Virus record (IMG/VR): IMGVR_UViG_3300017963_000032
Span: 15,465 to 79,464 of that record
Direction: 5' to 3' (one strand)
DNA: 64,000 bases
DNA from: a virus
Taxonomy: Duplodnaviria > Caudoviricetes
Part shown: piece by piece, positions 53,331 to 63,671 of the stretch
How the letters are laid out: the number at the start of each line of letters is the position of its first letter
How positions within the stretch are numbered: the first letter of the stretch is position 1
Notes under the pieces: generated by a model
The model's database searches: none
What the model was told of the DNA's origin: nothing
Seen by the model: only the letters and a program-made list of their open reading frames with translations
Translations under genes and position numbers: made by a program

Positions 53331-53972
53331 ATGGTAGAGATAAATATTAAAGACCCGAAACTTGCAGGAGTTATAGTATTTGTATCTATGCTCTTAGGAA
53401 TAGGGGGAACTATGACTCTAACCCAAGAACAGTTTGATAATGCTTATGTCTGTAGCGATACAGATGAATTACAAATCTTTTATGGAGGAATAAGTGACAG
53501 CAAAATAACGGGATACCCTTCAGATGAAACAACGAAAGGGGCTAAGAGATGCTACAAAGTTTATAGAGAATGGGGAGAATGGATTCCTCTTAAAGAATAT
53601 TGTGAAAAGAAAGGCATAGACCCTAAGAAATTCCTAGAAAGCAAGATAGGAGAAGAGAATCTTGATGCCATATTTATCTGCAATGAAGGAGAGAAATGCA
53701 AGTACGCAACTCTTGTGAAGATGGAAGAATGGGTTGGAGATGAAAAGTACGAGGCCGAAGTTCGTAAAGAAGTTAAATCAATACCTCTCCTTTGCATGAA
53801 AGATAATGTCTATTGCGAGTATGAAGTAAAAGACTTCGCAGATAAAGATGCCATATCCACAAGGGTAGCATTGACTGATGCAGATTGCATAAATGAGAGT
53901 TCTTGGAATCAAAGGCCTTTCCCTGAAGGAACTTTCGAGAAGTGTGCTCCTAAGCTTGTAGTCGTAAAATGA
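53331..53972 (+). CDS. membrane-anchored Cys-containing protein
   Basis: N-terminal TM helix. Confidence 0.55.
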   Translation: MVEINIKDPKLAGVIVFVSMLLGIGGTMTLTQEQFDNAYVCSDTDELQIFYGGISDSKITGYPSDETTKGAKRCYKVYREWGEWIPLKEYCEKKGIDPKKFLESKIGEENLDAIFICNEGEKCKYATLVKMEEWVGDEKYEAEVRKEVKSIPLLCMKDNVYCEYEVKDFADKDAISTRVALTDADCINESSWNQRPFPEGTFEKCAPKLVVVK

Positions 53973-53975
53973 AAA

Positions 53976-56900
53976 ATGATGAAGAAATTAATCTTATTAC
54001 CGCTGATTCTTTTATTTTTAATTAGCTCTGCTTCTGCTTATACTTACACGGTCAAAAAAGATGGAACAGGAAACTTTGATTGCTTGGCTGCTTGTCTTGA
54101 TTTCACAGAGAACACAGATAATGAATGCGAGATATACGGAACTTGGAAGATAGAAAATTGCACAAATGCAAATGTTTCTAATCTAAAGATACAAGGTGCT
54201 GATTATATTGAAAGCAGTATGTTAAGAAGTGGAGAAGCTGATGGTGGAAGCTGCACATTTCCTGCTACAAAGAACTTAGACTTTCTTATAGGGGATGATT
54301 TTCCAACAGTTTGCGATGCTCAAAGGCTTGTTATGAGGATACTAAACTCAACATTAGACAAAGCAATATTCTCAGGAACATTTAATATCACAGGACTATG
54401 GTTGTATGTCAATACTAAGAGAGATTTATCAGGAACTAATACCCAGATGTTCAGAAGAGTTAACACTTCTTGGGAGGCAGGAGATACGAGCTGGAATTAT
54501 ACTGATTATTCAGAACTAGAAAAATGGACTAATCCGGGAGCCAACGAGTCACCAGATATTTTAGAAAATGATGATATTAATTTTACTTATCTTACAAGTA
54601 TTGTAACAAACAGATTTCATTATATGGGCAATTCAACTACAAGCCCTTCTGTTTGGCTTGAATGGTTCCAAGAATGGGCCAACGGAATAGTATCAAATAA
54701 TGGCTTCTGGATAGCTTTGCTTGGAGATAATGCAGGAGGTTCTTCAAGAGAGTATCTTATATTTGAAGGCCCAGCAGGAGGAACAGCAAATAATTATCCT
54801 TATTTCAATATGACATCAGCAACATTTAATGTAACTGTAAAGACACAGTATAACTTTACACATACAGCCATAAGCTTTGGAGATGGTAATTCTTCTTTAG
54901 ACTGCAATAATGTAAAGCTTTATGGAGATGGTGGAGGAGATGGTATTGAAGCTTTTAGGATTGGAGACAATATAACAATAAAAAACTGCATTATTGAAAA
55001 CTTTGATAGAGGTATAGATATAGACGCTTATATTACAGGAAGCGATGGATATGAAAACTACACAGTTATTAATATAACAACAATAGGTGGAAGATGTTTA
55101 AATGCTATAAATTTGAATAGTGGAACTGGTTGGTATAATTTCACAGACATAACCTGCAATCAAACAGGGGATGCAGGAGCAGAGAATTATGGATTAATTA
55201 TCTCTCAGTCAACATCTCAACAAGGAGTTACTGCAAGAGATATAAATATGCTTGATTGCACAGCAGATGTTGCATGTATCTGGTTCACTACAAGAGATTC
55301 TACCATAGACAATATTGTATTGAACGTGCAAGGGGCAGGTTATGGTATTGGAACAAGAGCTAATAATGCTACATTTACAAACATAATAATAAATGCTGGC
55401 GGGAACAACGGCTTTGAATTTCAAAATAGTGGAGAGTCTTCAACGCTTCAAGATAGTACAATACATAATTGTTCGACTTGTATAGGTAATGACGGAAGCT
55501 CTAGTTTATATTTAGAGACTATAAGAAGAAATAATATTTACAATGGGGTTATTGGTATAGATACAAATTATATGAATTGGTTCATCCATAACAACAATGT
55601 AACAAACATGAGCTTAGAAGGGATATATTTAGAAGAGGGGGCGATTGGAAATGCTTATGGTGAAGTAATAAACAACACAATAATTAATGCAGGAAACACA
55701 TCTATAACTAACCAGTTCTTAATATCTTTATTCAGGGCAGTTTATAGCGGATTCACTTTCGACCAGTCTACACCTTTAGCCTTGGATAATGCTTTAGGTG
55801 GAGCAGTTGGCGTATCTGCTGACGATACAGATGTAAGCACAATATTTACAGGAGCAAATGATGGAGACTTATGGGCAATAGACTTACCTCTTGCAGCTCT
55901 TCCTTTCTTAACAGCATACGTTGAAGACGGAAGCATTGGATGCTTTGCAGCAGCCGCCGCCTTTGGAGGAACATGCTATCTTGATAGTGATAAATATTAT
56001 ACAGGAAATGGAAACGCTAATTATACAATAGCAACAGTACCCGGTTTGACTGTTAAACCCGGAGATACAGACCCACCTTATTTAAGGTATAATGTCATCG
56101 AAACTCAAGATAATTACCCTTTTTATGTCGTAGCAGATGGAAACAACAATGTAACAGTAGAAGGGAATGTTGTTTACAATAATGATGGTCGGACAACTTA
56201 TGAACAAGCATATTTCGATTTTGATGACACCTCTTCAGGCAGGATAAGCCAAATTCATTTAAACCATTTTGATATAGATGCCCCAATAACAATATCTGGT
56301 ACGGCTGGAACCGATTATTCAGTGTGCAAATATTTAGAAAGTGGTTACTGGCCAACACAATCAGACAATCTTCTTGCAGCATGGACTTTTAATAATGATA
56401 GCAAGAGCTTTTCAAATCTTACTTTCACTCAAGAATACAATAACTTGCTCAATGGAACAATGAACAGCACAAGTTATAATCTTTATCAAGGATATCAATA
56501 TAATGGAAGTGCTGTTTCTGGAGCTTATAGTTATGATGGTGTTTGCAACAGAGCACAGATAGATAATGACACAACAACAGATGTTGCAAACTTACCGGAT
56601 GGATTCACACTTAGCGCTTGGATTTATAGGGAAGGAGAAGTAAAAGATGTAGATGGAACTCCTTTGACAGTTCCCGGAATAAGTCTTGTTGCAGGAAGAG
56701 GCGATACACAAACAGATAACCTTACTGATTTCGGAAGGATAAGTTATGGTTTCTTTGTATCTAATGATGAGTTCCTAAATATAGATGACTTAAACAATCA
56801 ACCCGGAATGGTCGTATCTAACGGGACTCACTTGTATGTTGTCGGCTCAACTCTAGCTGAACACAACATAAACCTAAGCACTTGGTACTTCTTGACTATG

Positions 56901-57578
56901 ACAATCAATGCAAGCAACTTCATGACTTTTTACGTCAATGGAGTAAAAGCCTCAAATGGGGGGTTGGTTATATCAAATAGCACACTAGATGTCCAACTTA
57001 ATCCAGAGTATTCCCCTAACTTGACTTCTACCCCAAATGGAAGCTTTTTCATAGGGGCCATGGACTCAACATTTGCTAGCAATATAACAGGAGGAGACAC
57101 AGGCTACTTTGGATTCGATGGAGTAATAGACCAAGTAGAATTTCATAATAAATCATTGAATGCAACAGAAATATTAGGGTTATATAATTCTTACAGCGTA
57201 GGTCCCAAAGGGAATTATTACCAAGAGAATGCAACAGAGATAACTGGAGACTGTGGAAATCTAGATTTGATAGGGGCTACAACTTACAGGCAGACAATCA
57301 CAATGTTTTACAAGAACGCATCACACGCTCCTAGATTGCCATTGACTTACTATGGGAAAGCAGACAATGTTTTAATCAGCGCATTATCTTCAACAAACAC
57401 TTATGTAGTCCCAGTGGGGACTGTAAATGTCACACTCATCCCTCATGATGGTTATGTTTATGGAAAGCCAGATTCATTGACTCTGGCAATTACTCCATAT
57501 TTAGAAGCTTACATTGATTTATATAATAATTCGGAGGTAGATTTGTACCCAACAGGTAGTGTCGATAATAGAGAATAA
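53976..57578 (+). CDS. large secreted beta-helix plus LamG/concanavalin-like protein
   Basis: Signal peptide, parallel beta-helix repeats, and FTLSAWI...TWYFLT...FYVNG...FDGVIDQV..HNKSL (LamG-like). Confidence 0.75.
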   Translation: MMKKLILLPLILLFLISSASAYTYTVKKDGTGNFDCLAACLDFTENTDNECEIYGTWKIENCTNANVSNLKIQGADYIESSMLRSGEADGGSCTFPATKNLDFLIGDDFPTVCDAQRLVMRILNSTLDKAIFSGTFNITGLWLYVNTKRDLSGTNTQMFRRVNTSWEAGDTSWNYTDYSELEKWTNPGANESPDILENDDINFTYLTSIVTNRFHYMGNSTTSPSVWLEWFQEWANGIVSNNGFWIALLGDNAGGSSREYLIFEGPAGGTANNYPYFNMTSATFNVTVKTQYNFTHTAISFGDGNSSLDCNNVKLYGDGGGDGIEAFRIGDNITIKNCIIENFDRGIDIDAYITGSDGYENYTVINITTIGGRCLNAINLNSGTGWYNFTDITCNQTGDAGAENYGLIISQSTSQQGVTARDINMLDCTADVACIWFTTRDSTIDNIVLNVQGAGYGIGTRANNATFTNIIINAGGNNGFEFQNSGESSTLQDSTIHNCSTCIGNDGSSSLYLETIRRNNIYNGVIGIDTNYMNWFIHNNNVTNMSLEGIYLEEGAIGNAYGEVINNTIINAGNTSITNQFLISLFRAVYSGFTFDQSTPLALDNALGGAVGVSADDTDVSTIFTGANDGDLWAIDLPLAALPFLTAYVEDGSIGCFAAAAAFGGTCYLDSDKYYTGNGNANYTIATVPGLTVKPGDTDPPYLRYNVIETQDNYPFYVVADGNNNVTVEGNVVYNNDGRTTYEQAYFDFDDTSSGRISQIHLNHFDIDAPITISGTAGTDYSVCKYLESGYWPTQSDNLLAAWTFNNDSKSFSNLTFTQEYNNLLNGTMNSTSYNLYQGYQYNGSAVSGAYSYDGVCNRAQIDNDTTTDVANLPDGFTLSAWIYREGEVKDVDGTPLTVPGISLVAGRGDTQTDNLTDFGRISYGFFVSNDEFLNIDDLNNQPGMVVSNGTHLYVVGSTLAEHNINLSTWYFLTMTINASNFMTFYVNGVKASNGGLVISNSTLDVQLNPEYSPNLTSTPNGSFFIGAMDSTFASNITGGDTGYFGFDGVIDQVEFHNKSLNATEILGLYNSYSVGPKGNYYQENATEITGDCGNLDLIGATTYRQTITMFYKNASHAPRLPLTYYGKADNVLISALSSTNTYVVPVGTVNVTLIPHDGYVYGKPDSLTLAITPYLEAYIDLYNNSEVDLYPTGSVDNRE

Positions 57579-57593
57579 AATAGAGGTGGTTAA

Positions 57594-57818
57594 ATGAGCG
57601 AGGCGGAAAAACACATAGACAATAGGATTCTGGATTGTATAAGTTCAGAGTTCAAATCATGCAAAGATATAGCAGAGGAACTAAAGGAACCAGAGAAACT
57701 GATTTATCAGAGGCTTAGATTCCTTAGAAAGGCCCGGTGGGTAACATTCATTAAGAGTAGTGAAAAGCCAGCTAGAGGCTTCCCACCCACTAAGTACAAG
57801 AAAAAGGAGGGGATTTAA
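57594..57818 (+). CDS. winged-helix DNA-binding protein
   Basis: SCKDIAEEL...IYQRLRFL.K...V. Confidence 0.65.
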   Translation: MSEAEKHIDNRILDCISSEFKSCKDIAEELKEPEKLIYQRLRFLRKARWVTFIKSSEKPARGFPPTKYKKKEGI

Positions 57819-57833
57819 AAGTATCTTTAAATA
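57817..57833 (+). promoter_or_regulatory. promoter for the capsid operon
   Basis: AAAAGTATCTTTAAATA followed by a two-hairpin leader. Confidence 0.5.
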
Positions 57834-57932
57834 GTTAAGACATTATTATTGGACATATACGAGATTTAACCGCCTCGTTTCTTCTGGGGAGACCTAGTTT
57901 CCCCCGAAGACCTTTATAATCCGGATGATAAA

Positions 57933-58901
57933 ATGGCAGCTGAAGCAAAACAAAAATTCAAAGAACAGGTCAAACTTCTATGCGAGACCTACCGTCTGAA
58001 GGAAGACATTGATGAAAACACAGGCGAGTTAAAGGGCGTAATTCTAGAGGGTGTTGCGATAACATTTGATAAGCCTACAAGAAATGGAGTTAGCTATACG
58101 TATAAAAGCGGTTTAGAGACTCACAAAGGTCTTGTAGGAAAACCATTCCTAGATAGTCACCATGATGATTCTATCAGAGATTATCCTCCTTTTGGGCATG
58201 TTATAGAAACTTGGATACAACAAAATAAGGAGACTGGTTTTTATCAGTTAATGTATAAAGTAGATATAGACCCTAAAGAAGAACAATTCATAAGGAAGGC
58301 TAGGAGGCATGACATTCCCGGCGTAAGCATTCAGGTTCTAGTTGATGAAGCTGACGAAGCTACTGGAGATAATGGGGAAGTTTATGTTGTGGCTAACATA
58401 ACAGAATTCTTAGAGTTATCATCTGTTCTAATCCCGGGCGATGGGGACACAACTATGAGATTCCTTGAGAAGCTAAAGAACAGGCATAAGAACACTCTTA
58501 GCATGAGGGGAGAAATAGAAGATGATGACGGTAAAATTAGGCCTTTCTCAATGCAGATAGGAGAAGAAGATGTTACAACTCTTGGAGGACATCAAATAAA
58601 TGAGCCAAAGGACAAGGACGATAAAGAAGAGCTCAACACAGATAATGGCGGAGCACTCATAGGAGAAGGAGAACCTAAGAAAGTAAAGCCAGCTGAAGAG
58701 AATATCAAGTTCACAAAAATAACCAAGCAGAAATGCATCAAGTGCAAGAAGCTACCACTTCTTGAAGGTAAAGCTCAAGATGGGTCAATAGCATTAAAGT
58801 GTCATAAGTGTAAGAAAGTCTATAGGCCTAATGAGGCGCTCTTAAAAAAGACAAGAGCTGAAAATTATAAACAGAAAATTTTACAACAAATGAGGAGGTA
58901 G
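57933..58901 (+). CDS. prohead (capsid maturation) protease with C-terminal Zn ribbon
   Basis: LEGVAI....TRNG, GKPFLDSH, GVSIQ, ELSSVLIPGD; CIKC/CHKC. Confidence 0.85.
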   Translation: MAAEAKQKFKEQVKLLCETYRLKEDIDENTGELKGVILEGVAITFDKPTRNGVSYTYKSGLETHKGLVGKPFLDSHHDDSIRDYPPFGHVIETWIQQNKETGFYQLMYKVDIDPKEEQFIRKARRHDIPGVSIQVLVDEADEATGDNGEVYVVANITEFLELSSVLIPGDGDTTMRFLEKLKNRHKNTLSMRGEIEDDDGKIRPFSMQIGEEDVTTLGGHQINEPKDKDDKEELNTDNGGALIGEGEPKKVKPAEENIKFTKITKQKCIKCKKLPLLEGKAQDGSIALKCHKCKKVYRPNEALLKKTRAENYKQKILQQMRR

Positions 58902-58907
58902 AGTACC

Positions 58908-59759
58908 ATGGTAAAGAAAGAAGAACTCGCCCCTGAAGCACCAAAACCTGAAGAGGAAACCCCTATGGACGATGTTCCAAAGGAAGAACCTAAGACGGAG
59001 ATGGACGAAGAAGGCGATGATGTTTTAGAAGCATTACTTGTTAAGGTTCAACAACTTGAGAACGAAGTTGCAGAATTGAAAACTAGAAATGCACCTGTAG
59101 AAGAAAAGTGCAAAGAGCAATCTGATACAGAAGAAGATGAGGACAAGAAGAAAGAAGACCTTAACCCAGAACAAGGAGAAAGAGATACTGGTGAGACAAA
59201 AAAACCTGTTGAACCTATCATGAACACTCCAGATGATTCTGATGGAAGAGGTAAGAGTCATAGTCCGATGCAGATTCCGGACACAACTCAGCCACCAACA
59301 GGCACTCCACCGGGTGAAGACCTAGAGGACAAAATGCCAGTAGGACCTGAGACAAATAGTGCAGAACCAGAGGATGCAAAGAAGGAGATGGAAGGAGAAG
59401 TCACAGCTGGAACAGCTAAAGACCCAACCAAACCAGACCCGGGCGCATCAACAAAAGACCCTAAACCAATGGAAGGGGCTTCAGCACAGAAACTGCAAAA
59501 GAACAAAGTCACAAGACCAGCAGACCCATTGAAGGAAATATATAATGATTTGAAAAAGGAGATACTTTCAGAAAAAGAAAGTGTTACCATGACTGAATCA
59601 TTAGTGTCTAAACAGACAACTCAAGGGATGTCAGCTGAGAAAGTAGACCCTGCTTTAGAAGCTAAGAAGGAAGAGTTGAGTACTTCAAGTTCTAGAGTGA
59701 CAGACACAGTGAAAGAGTTCCTCGGAAAGACGGGACAACTAAACTTACTAACAGCATAA
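58908..59759 (+). CDS. scaffold-like acidic protein
   Basis: Low-complexity P/E/D/K protein between the protease and the MCP. Confidence 0.65.
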   Translation: MVKKEELAPEAPKPEEETPMDDVPKEEPKTEMDEEGDDVLEALLVKVQQLENEVAELKTRNAPVEEKCKEQSDTEEDEDKKKEDLNPEQGERDTGETKKPVEPIMNTPDDSDGRGKSHSPMQIPDTTQPPTGTPPGEDLEDKMPVGPETNSAEPEDAKKEMEGEVTAGTAKDPTKPDPGASTKDPKPMEGASAQKLQKNKVTRPADPLKEIYNDLKKEILSEKESVTMTESLVSKQTTQGMSAEKVDPALEAKKEELSTSSSRVTDTVKEFLGKTGQLNLLTA

Positions 59760-59773
59760 GGAGGTAGAAAAGA

Positions 59774-60784
59774 ATGCCACAAGTAGAAATATCAGGAGGC
59801 ACACAGTTGTGCGAAGCAGCAGGTAAACTGCTGGTTAAAGAGATGGTGAAGAAAGGTGTAAACCTAGAATCACTTAAAGAACATGTCCGACTAAAAGAAG
59901 GTATGAGATTCAGAGAGGATGTATCAACAGCTAACGCTTCAGCTTTATATATCACTGCACTTGCAAGTGTTATCAGAGCTGCTGTAGAACCAAACATGGT
60001 GGGCTTAGAACTTCTTCAGATGAACACAGACCTGATGGCAGGCGGTGGAAAGGGAGCTATTAAGTTGCCTAAAGAGAAGAGAGTAACAGCTGCTGAAGTT
60101 TCAGAAGGCGGAAACGTTACTTACACAGGTGAAGGATACGAGAGTATCACTGTAAGCCCAACCAAGAAGGTTGCTGCTTCCAAAATCACTTGGGAGATGA
60201 TTCACAGGGGAATGATTTCAATGATAACAGCTGAAGCTGCTAGAGTTGGTAAAGCCCTTGCAAGAAAAGTGGATAGCGACATCATTGCTGGAATAACTGC
60301 TGTATGCACAGCTGCAAACAGTAACAGGAAAGCAACTGGCGGAGCTACAACAAGAGTAAGCTACAACAACTTGATTGATGCGAGAGCATATGTTGAAGGT
60401 TACGACGTTGGTGGATTCAAGTGTACACACTTAATCCTACACCCTGATGACTACGCTGCTTTAATGAAGGACACTGACTTTAAGCAGTCACTGCACAGAG
60501 GAATAACTGTTTCAGGAGGCCAAGGAACTGCTGGCGCTGCTGTATTCCCACAAGTGGAATATTTCGGACCGCAGAAGGTTATCCAGTCTGCACAGACTAC
60601 AACTGGAACAAGCTTGTTTGTTGACTCAAATGAACTTGGAACATTTGTTCAGGAATCCGATGTGGAAATAGTTGATGGAAGAATCAGCGGAACCGTTGAT
60701 ACAGAAATCATCGCAGTACAGTCATACGGAATAGGTATCCAAAACGTAAGAGCTGCTGCTTCAGTAGTAATGGCTGCATCTTAG
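59774..60784 (+). CDS. major capsid protein, HK97 fold
   Basis: Position; AEVSEG, ITVSPTKKVAASKITWEMI, LARKVDSDII, LILHPDDYAAL. Confidence 0.9.
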   Translation: MPQVEISGGTQLCEAAGKLLVKEMVKKGVNLESLKEHVRLKEGMRFREDVSTANASALYITALASVIRAAVEPNMVGLELLQMNTDLMAGGGKGAIKLPKEKRVTAAEVSEGGNVTYTGEGYESITVSPTKKVAASKITWEMIHRGMISMITAEAARVGKALARKVDSDIIAGITAVCTAANSNRKATGGATTRVSYNNLIDARAYVEGYDVGGFKCTHLILHPDDYAALMKDTDFKQSLHRGITVSGGQGTAGAAVFPQVEYFGPQKVIQSAQTTTGTSLFVDSNELGTFVQESDVEIVDGRISGTVDTEIIAVQSYGIGIQNVRAAASVVMAAS

Positions 60785-60820
60785 ATGCACCATTAACTTA
60801 GTTTTTTTCGGTGATACCCA

Positions 60821-61078
60821 ATGGCTAAAACTGTAAACGCATCAGGAACAGGAACTCTTCCTGTCTCAGGCCCGGGTGTTCAGTCAACTGTAACAGTTAC
60901 CGACGCTAACGTGTTGGCAGCGGATAAAGTTATGCTGACTGAGACAAAGAGGGTGAGAGACTCAGAAGGAGCTTTCCACGCATATGTATCTAGTGCTGGA
61001 GCTGGAACGTTCATTGTAGCTTCTAGCAGAGACCAGTTACCAGAGACATTGACGTTTAATTACATCTCAGTAACTTAA
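60821..61078 (+). CDS. putative head decoration protein
   Basis: Small beta-rich protein after the MCP. Confidence 0.55.
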   Translation: MAKTVNASGTGTLPVSGPGVQSTVTVTDANVLAADKVMLTETKRVRDSEGAFHAYVSSAGAGTFIVASSRDQLPETLTFNYISVT

Positions 61079-61150
61079 TTGTTACTGACTTGTGATTCAA
61101 CTTAAAATAAAAAAAATCCTGTCACTACGGGGGCAGGTGGAGAAAAGAAA

Positions 61151-61660
61151 ATGGCATTAAATGGAACAATTACAGCATCCGCACCTACAAGGTATGGATT
61201 GATTTCAAGAGGAGATAGACAGGACTTGGTTCTGACACTCCCATGTGCTGCAACAGCAGACATAAATGCAAACGATTTGTTAGTTTTGAGTTCAAGCTAT
61301 GTAACACCTTGCACAGCTGTAACTGACAAAGTTTGTGGTATGGCTACAGAAACAAAAGACAATTCAAGTGGCTCAGCAGGAGATTTGAATGTTGGAGTTT
61401 GTGTTAGAGGAATCATCATACAAGATGGTCTGACAGCATCAGCAACACACACAAGTCTTGCAGTTGGAACACCACTTTACCTTGCACCAGCAGTTTCAAG
61501 TTATTGTGCAGTCGCTCAGGCGCTTTCTGCATCAACAGCTAACTCTGCGGTAGAAGTAGGTAAGTGCTTGGATGTAGTAACTGCACCGGGCTCAGGAAGC
61601 CAGATTAACGCAGTAAGATGCTTAATCGACTTAGCTGACCAAGCAGTTGACTGGGTATAA
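61151..61660 (+). CDS. capsid cement/decoration protein (DUF2190-like)
   Basis: INANDLLV...VCGMATE...GTPLY...VGKCL. Confidence 0.6.
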   Translation: MALNGTITASAPTRYGLISRGDRQDLVLTLPCAATADINANDLLVLSSSYVTPCTAVTDKVCGMATETKDNSSGSAGDLNVGVCVRGIIIQDGLTASATHTSLAVGTPLYLAPAVSSYCAVAQALSASTANSAVEVGKCLDVVTAPGSGSQINAVRCLIDLADQAVDWV

Positions 61661-61712
61661 ACCCAGCTTTTTTTATTTTTTTTATATTAAATAAACTCGA
61701 GGTGGTTAAAAA

Positions 61713-62012
61713 ATGTCAAAAGAAATATTGGTAACAACAGATAATGATTATTTCAATAGCGCAGATGGAGCAAATTTTCATTTGCTAAAAGAACAAGTCA
61801 AACCTTTACCTGAAAAACTCACTCCAATCATTGAGCGAGCTTTGGAAGAAGGATTGATTAGGGAAGCTACTGAAAAAGAGATTGCAAAACAGAAAAAGCA
61901 GGATGAGGAAGAGAAGATGATTAAACAGGGACAAGCAGTTCCGGTTTATGGAAAGACTCATACTGAAACTCTCAAGCTGAGAGAAAAGAAGGCCGAAGAT
62001 AAGAAAGCCTAA
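61713..62012 (+). CDS. hypothetical protein
   Basis: GAGGTGG RBS. Confidence 0.55.
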   Translation: MSKEILVTTDNDYFNSADGANFHLLKEQVKPLPEKLTPIIERALEEGLIREATEKEIAKQKKQDEEEKMIKQGQAVPVYGKTHTETLKLREKKAEDKKA

Positions 62013-62083
62013 GTCCAAGCGGGACTATAAATGAAATCCAAGCTGGATAGAGATTTAGCTATTTCTATCTGGAGGAACAAAGC

Positions 62084-62818
62084 ATGACCATAACAAGCTA
62101 TTGCACCCTTGCCAGATTCAGGACGATAACAGGTTTAGGTAGTTCTGTTATCAGTGATTCGGTCGCCAATGAGAAGATTACTCAAGCGCATTATCAAATT
62201 CTACGAGAAGGTTTCGTTAAGATTAGCGAAGAGCTCGCTTCTAAGGATGACAATGATAGGTACTTTACAGAGTACAGGTACATTGCTGATGGAGACCTTG
62301 ATGGAGATGTTGACACTGGAGACTTGCTCGTTTACGAGTATGATTCTACAAACAAACTATTGGTTGATATTTCTAGCCAAGTAGCAAGCATTGACGGATT
62401 GAACAATTTCTTCACATTAAGTACAGGATACCCTACAGAGAGCAGGTCAGTGTATGTGACTTATTATATCTCAAACAGACCGATAGCTCAGTTGAAAGGG
62501 GATTACAGCATCCTTGAAGAAGCTGTTGCAAGATTCGCAGAGCAACTTTGTTATGCAACCCTAAAGAAAACTAGGATGTATGATGGGGTTATCAGCTGGA
62601 GCGCAGGAGACAAAACCTTAACTAGAGACGAGAAAGAATTTGATGCTATGGTTCAAAAAATAATGCAGAGATACAACACCTTGATTCAAAAAATAAGACC
62701 CTTCTATGGAAAGAGAGCAAGAGTAGGAAGAGGACTGAGCCAGAGAAGAGGAAGAAGACTTCAAGGAATGATGTATAACGAACCATTAACTCATAACGGC
62801 AGATTGCTTTACTACTGA
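62084..62818 (+). CDS. head-tail adaptor/connector
   Basis: Position; N-terminal SYCT...R.ITG pattern. Confidence 0.6.
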   Translation: MTITSYCTLARFRTITGLGSSVISDSVANEKITQAHYQILREGFVKISEELASKDDNDRYFTEYRYIADGDLDGDVDTGDLLVYEYDSTNKLLVDISSQVASIDGLNNFFTLSTGYPTESRSVYVTYYISNRPIAQLKGDYSILEEAVARFAEQLCYATLKKTRMYDGVISWSAGDKTLTRDEKEFDAMVQKIMQRYNTLIQKIRPFYGKRARVGRGLSQRRGRRLQGMMYNEPLTHNGRLLYY

Positions 62819-62820
62819 AA

Positions 62821-63219
62821 ATGGTAAATGTAGAACAGAAGAGAAATGATTTGGACAGGAATATTTTCATCATGCCTGTAACACTTCATAAGAGAACAAA
62901 GAATGTCACAGATAATATTAGAGGCAGCACTGAACCTACATTTACTGATTATGTAGTGTGGGCCCAATGTAGCATTATCAGGGACAGCCATAATTATGTA
63001 AAGCAAGGTTTGTTAAAGGACGGCGATGGAGCTGGAAACTTCAGGTACGAGTATACAGAAACAACTGATGGAACAGCAATTAGCCCGGCAATAACAATAG
63101 CCCAATTTGATGAAGTTACTTTTGGAGGGTCAAGATACAAAGTCCAAGAGGTTCATGCAATACTTGATGAGTATGGGAATGTAATCTGCTATGATGCAGA
63201 ACTAGTGAGGAACGGATAA
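62821..63219 (+). CDS. head closure protein
   Basis: Position; VTLHKRT...VWAQ...DEVTFGGSRYKV. Confidence 0.6.
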   Translation: MVNVEQKRNDLDRNIFIMPVTLHKRTKNVTDNIRGSTEPTFTDYVVWAQCSIIRDSHNYVKQGLLKDGDGAGNFRYEYTETTDGTAISPAITIAQFDEVTFGGSRYKVQEVHAILDEYGNVICYDAELVRNG

Positions 63220-63671
63220 TGCCAAACAATAAGGAATTGAAACTAGCATTGAAGAGTAGATTGATTAGAGGCCTCACTAAAGCAACACTTATAGTTTTTG
63301 AAGACGCATTTATCAGATGTCCTGTGAATAAGAAAGGAGGACATCCAGAATTAAGAAGTGCATTGAGATGGGAAGTAGATGAAAAGAATCTTGTAGGAAA
63401 AGTCTATGTAGATACAAAGCTTGCACCTTATGCACCTTATGTAGAATATAACACTAAACCTCATGTAATCAAGCCTAAAGGAGGAAAGAAATTTCTAGCA
63501 TGGAAAGACCCGGGTAGCGTGTATGCTGTAAAGAAAGGAAAATACATGGGATTTGTTTTCAGCAAAATAGTTTATCATCCGGGAACAACAGCTCAGCCTT
63601 TTTTGAGGCCTGCACTTTGGACTAACAAGACTAGAATTCTTCAAGCTTTTGCGGGGGAACTAACAATATGA
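63219..63671 (+). CDS. HK97 gp10-like tail completion/neck protein
   Basis: YAPYVEY.T.PH.I.P...V.HPGT.AQPFLRPA. Confidence 0.8.
   Translation: MPNNKELKLALKSRLIRGLTKATLIVFEDAFIRCPVNKKGGHPELRSALRWEVDEKNLVGKVYVDTKLAPYAPYVEYNTKPHVIKPKGGKKFLAWKDPGSVYAVKKGKYMGFVFSKIVYHPGTTAQPFLRPALWTNKTRILQAFAGELTI

Noticed and set aside
1985-62873. Minus-strand ORFs in the track, and ORFs overlapping tRNA arrays (32424, 32605, 38573-38949, 40104)
   Set aside because: They are shadows of + strand genes or RNAs, Ser/Phe/Leu-rich, with no motifs or RBS.
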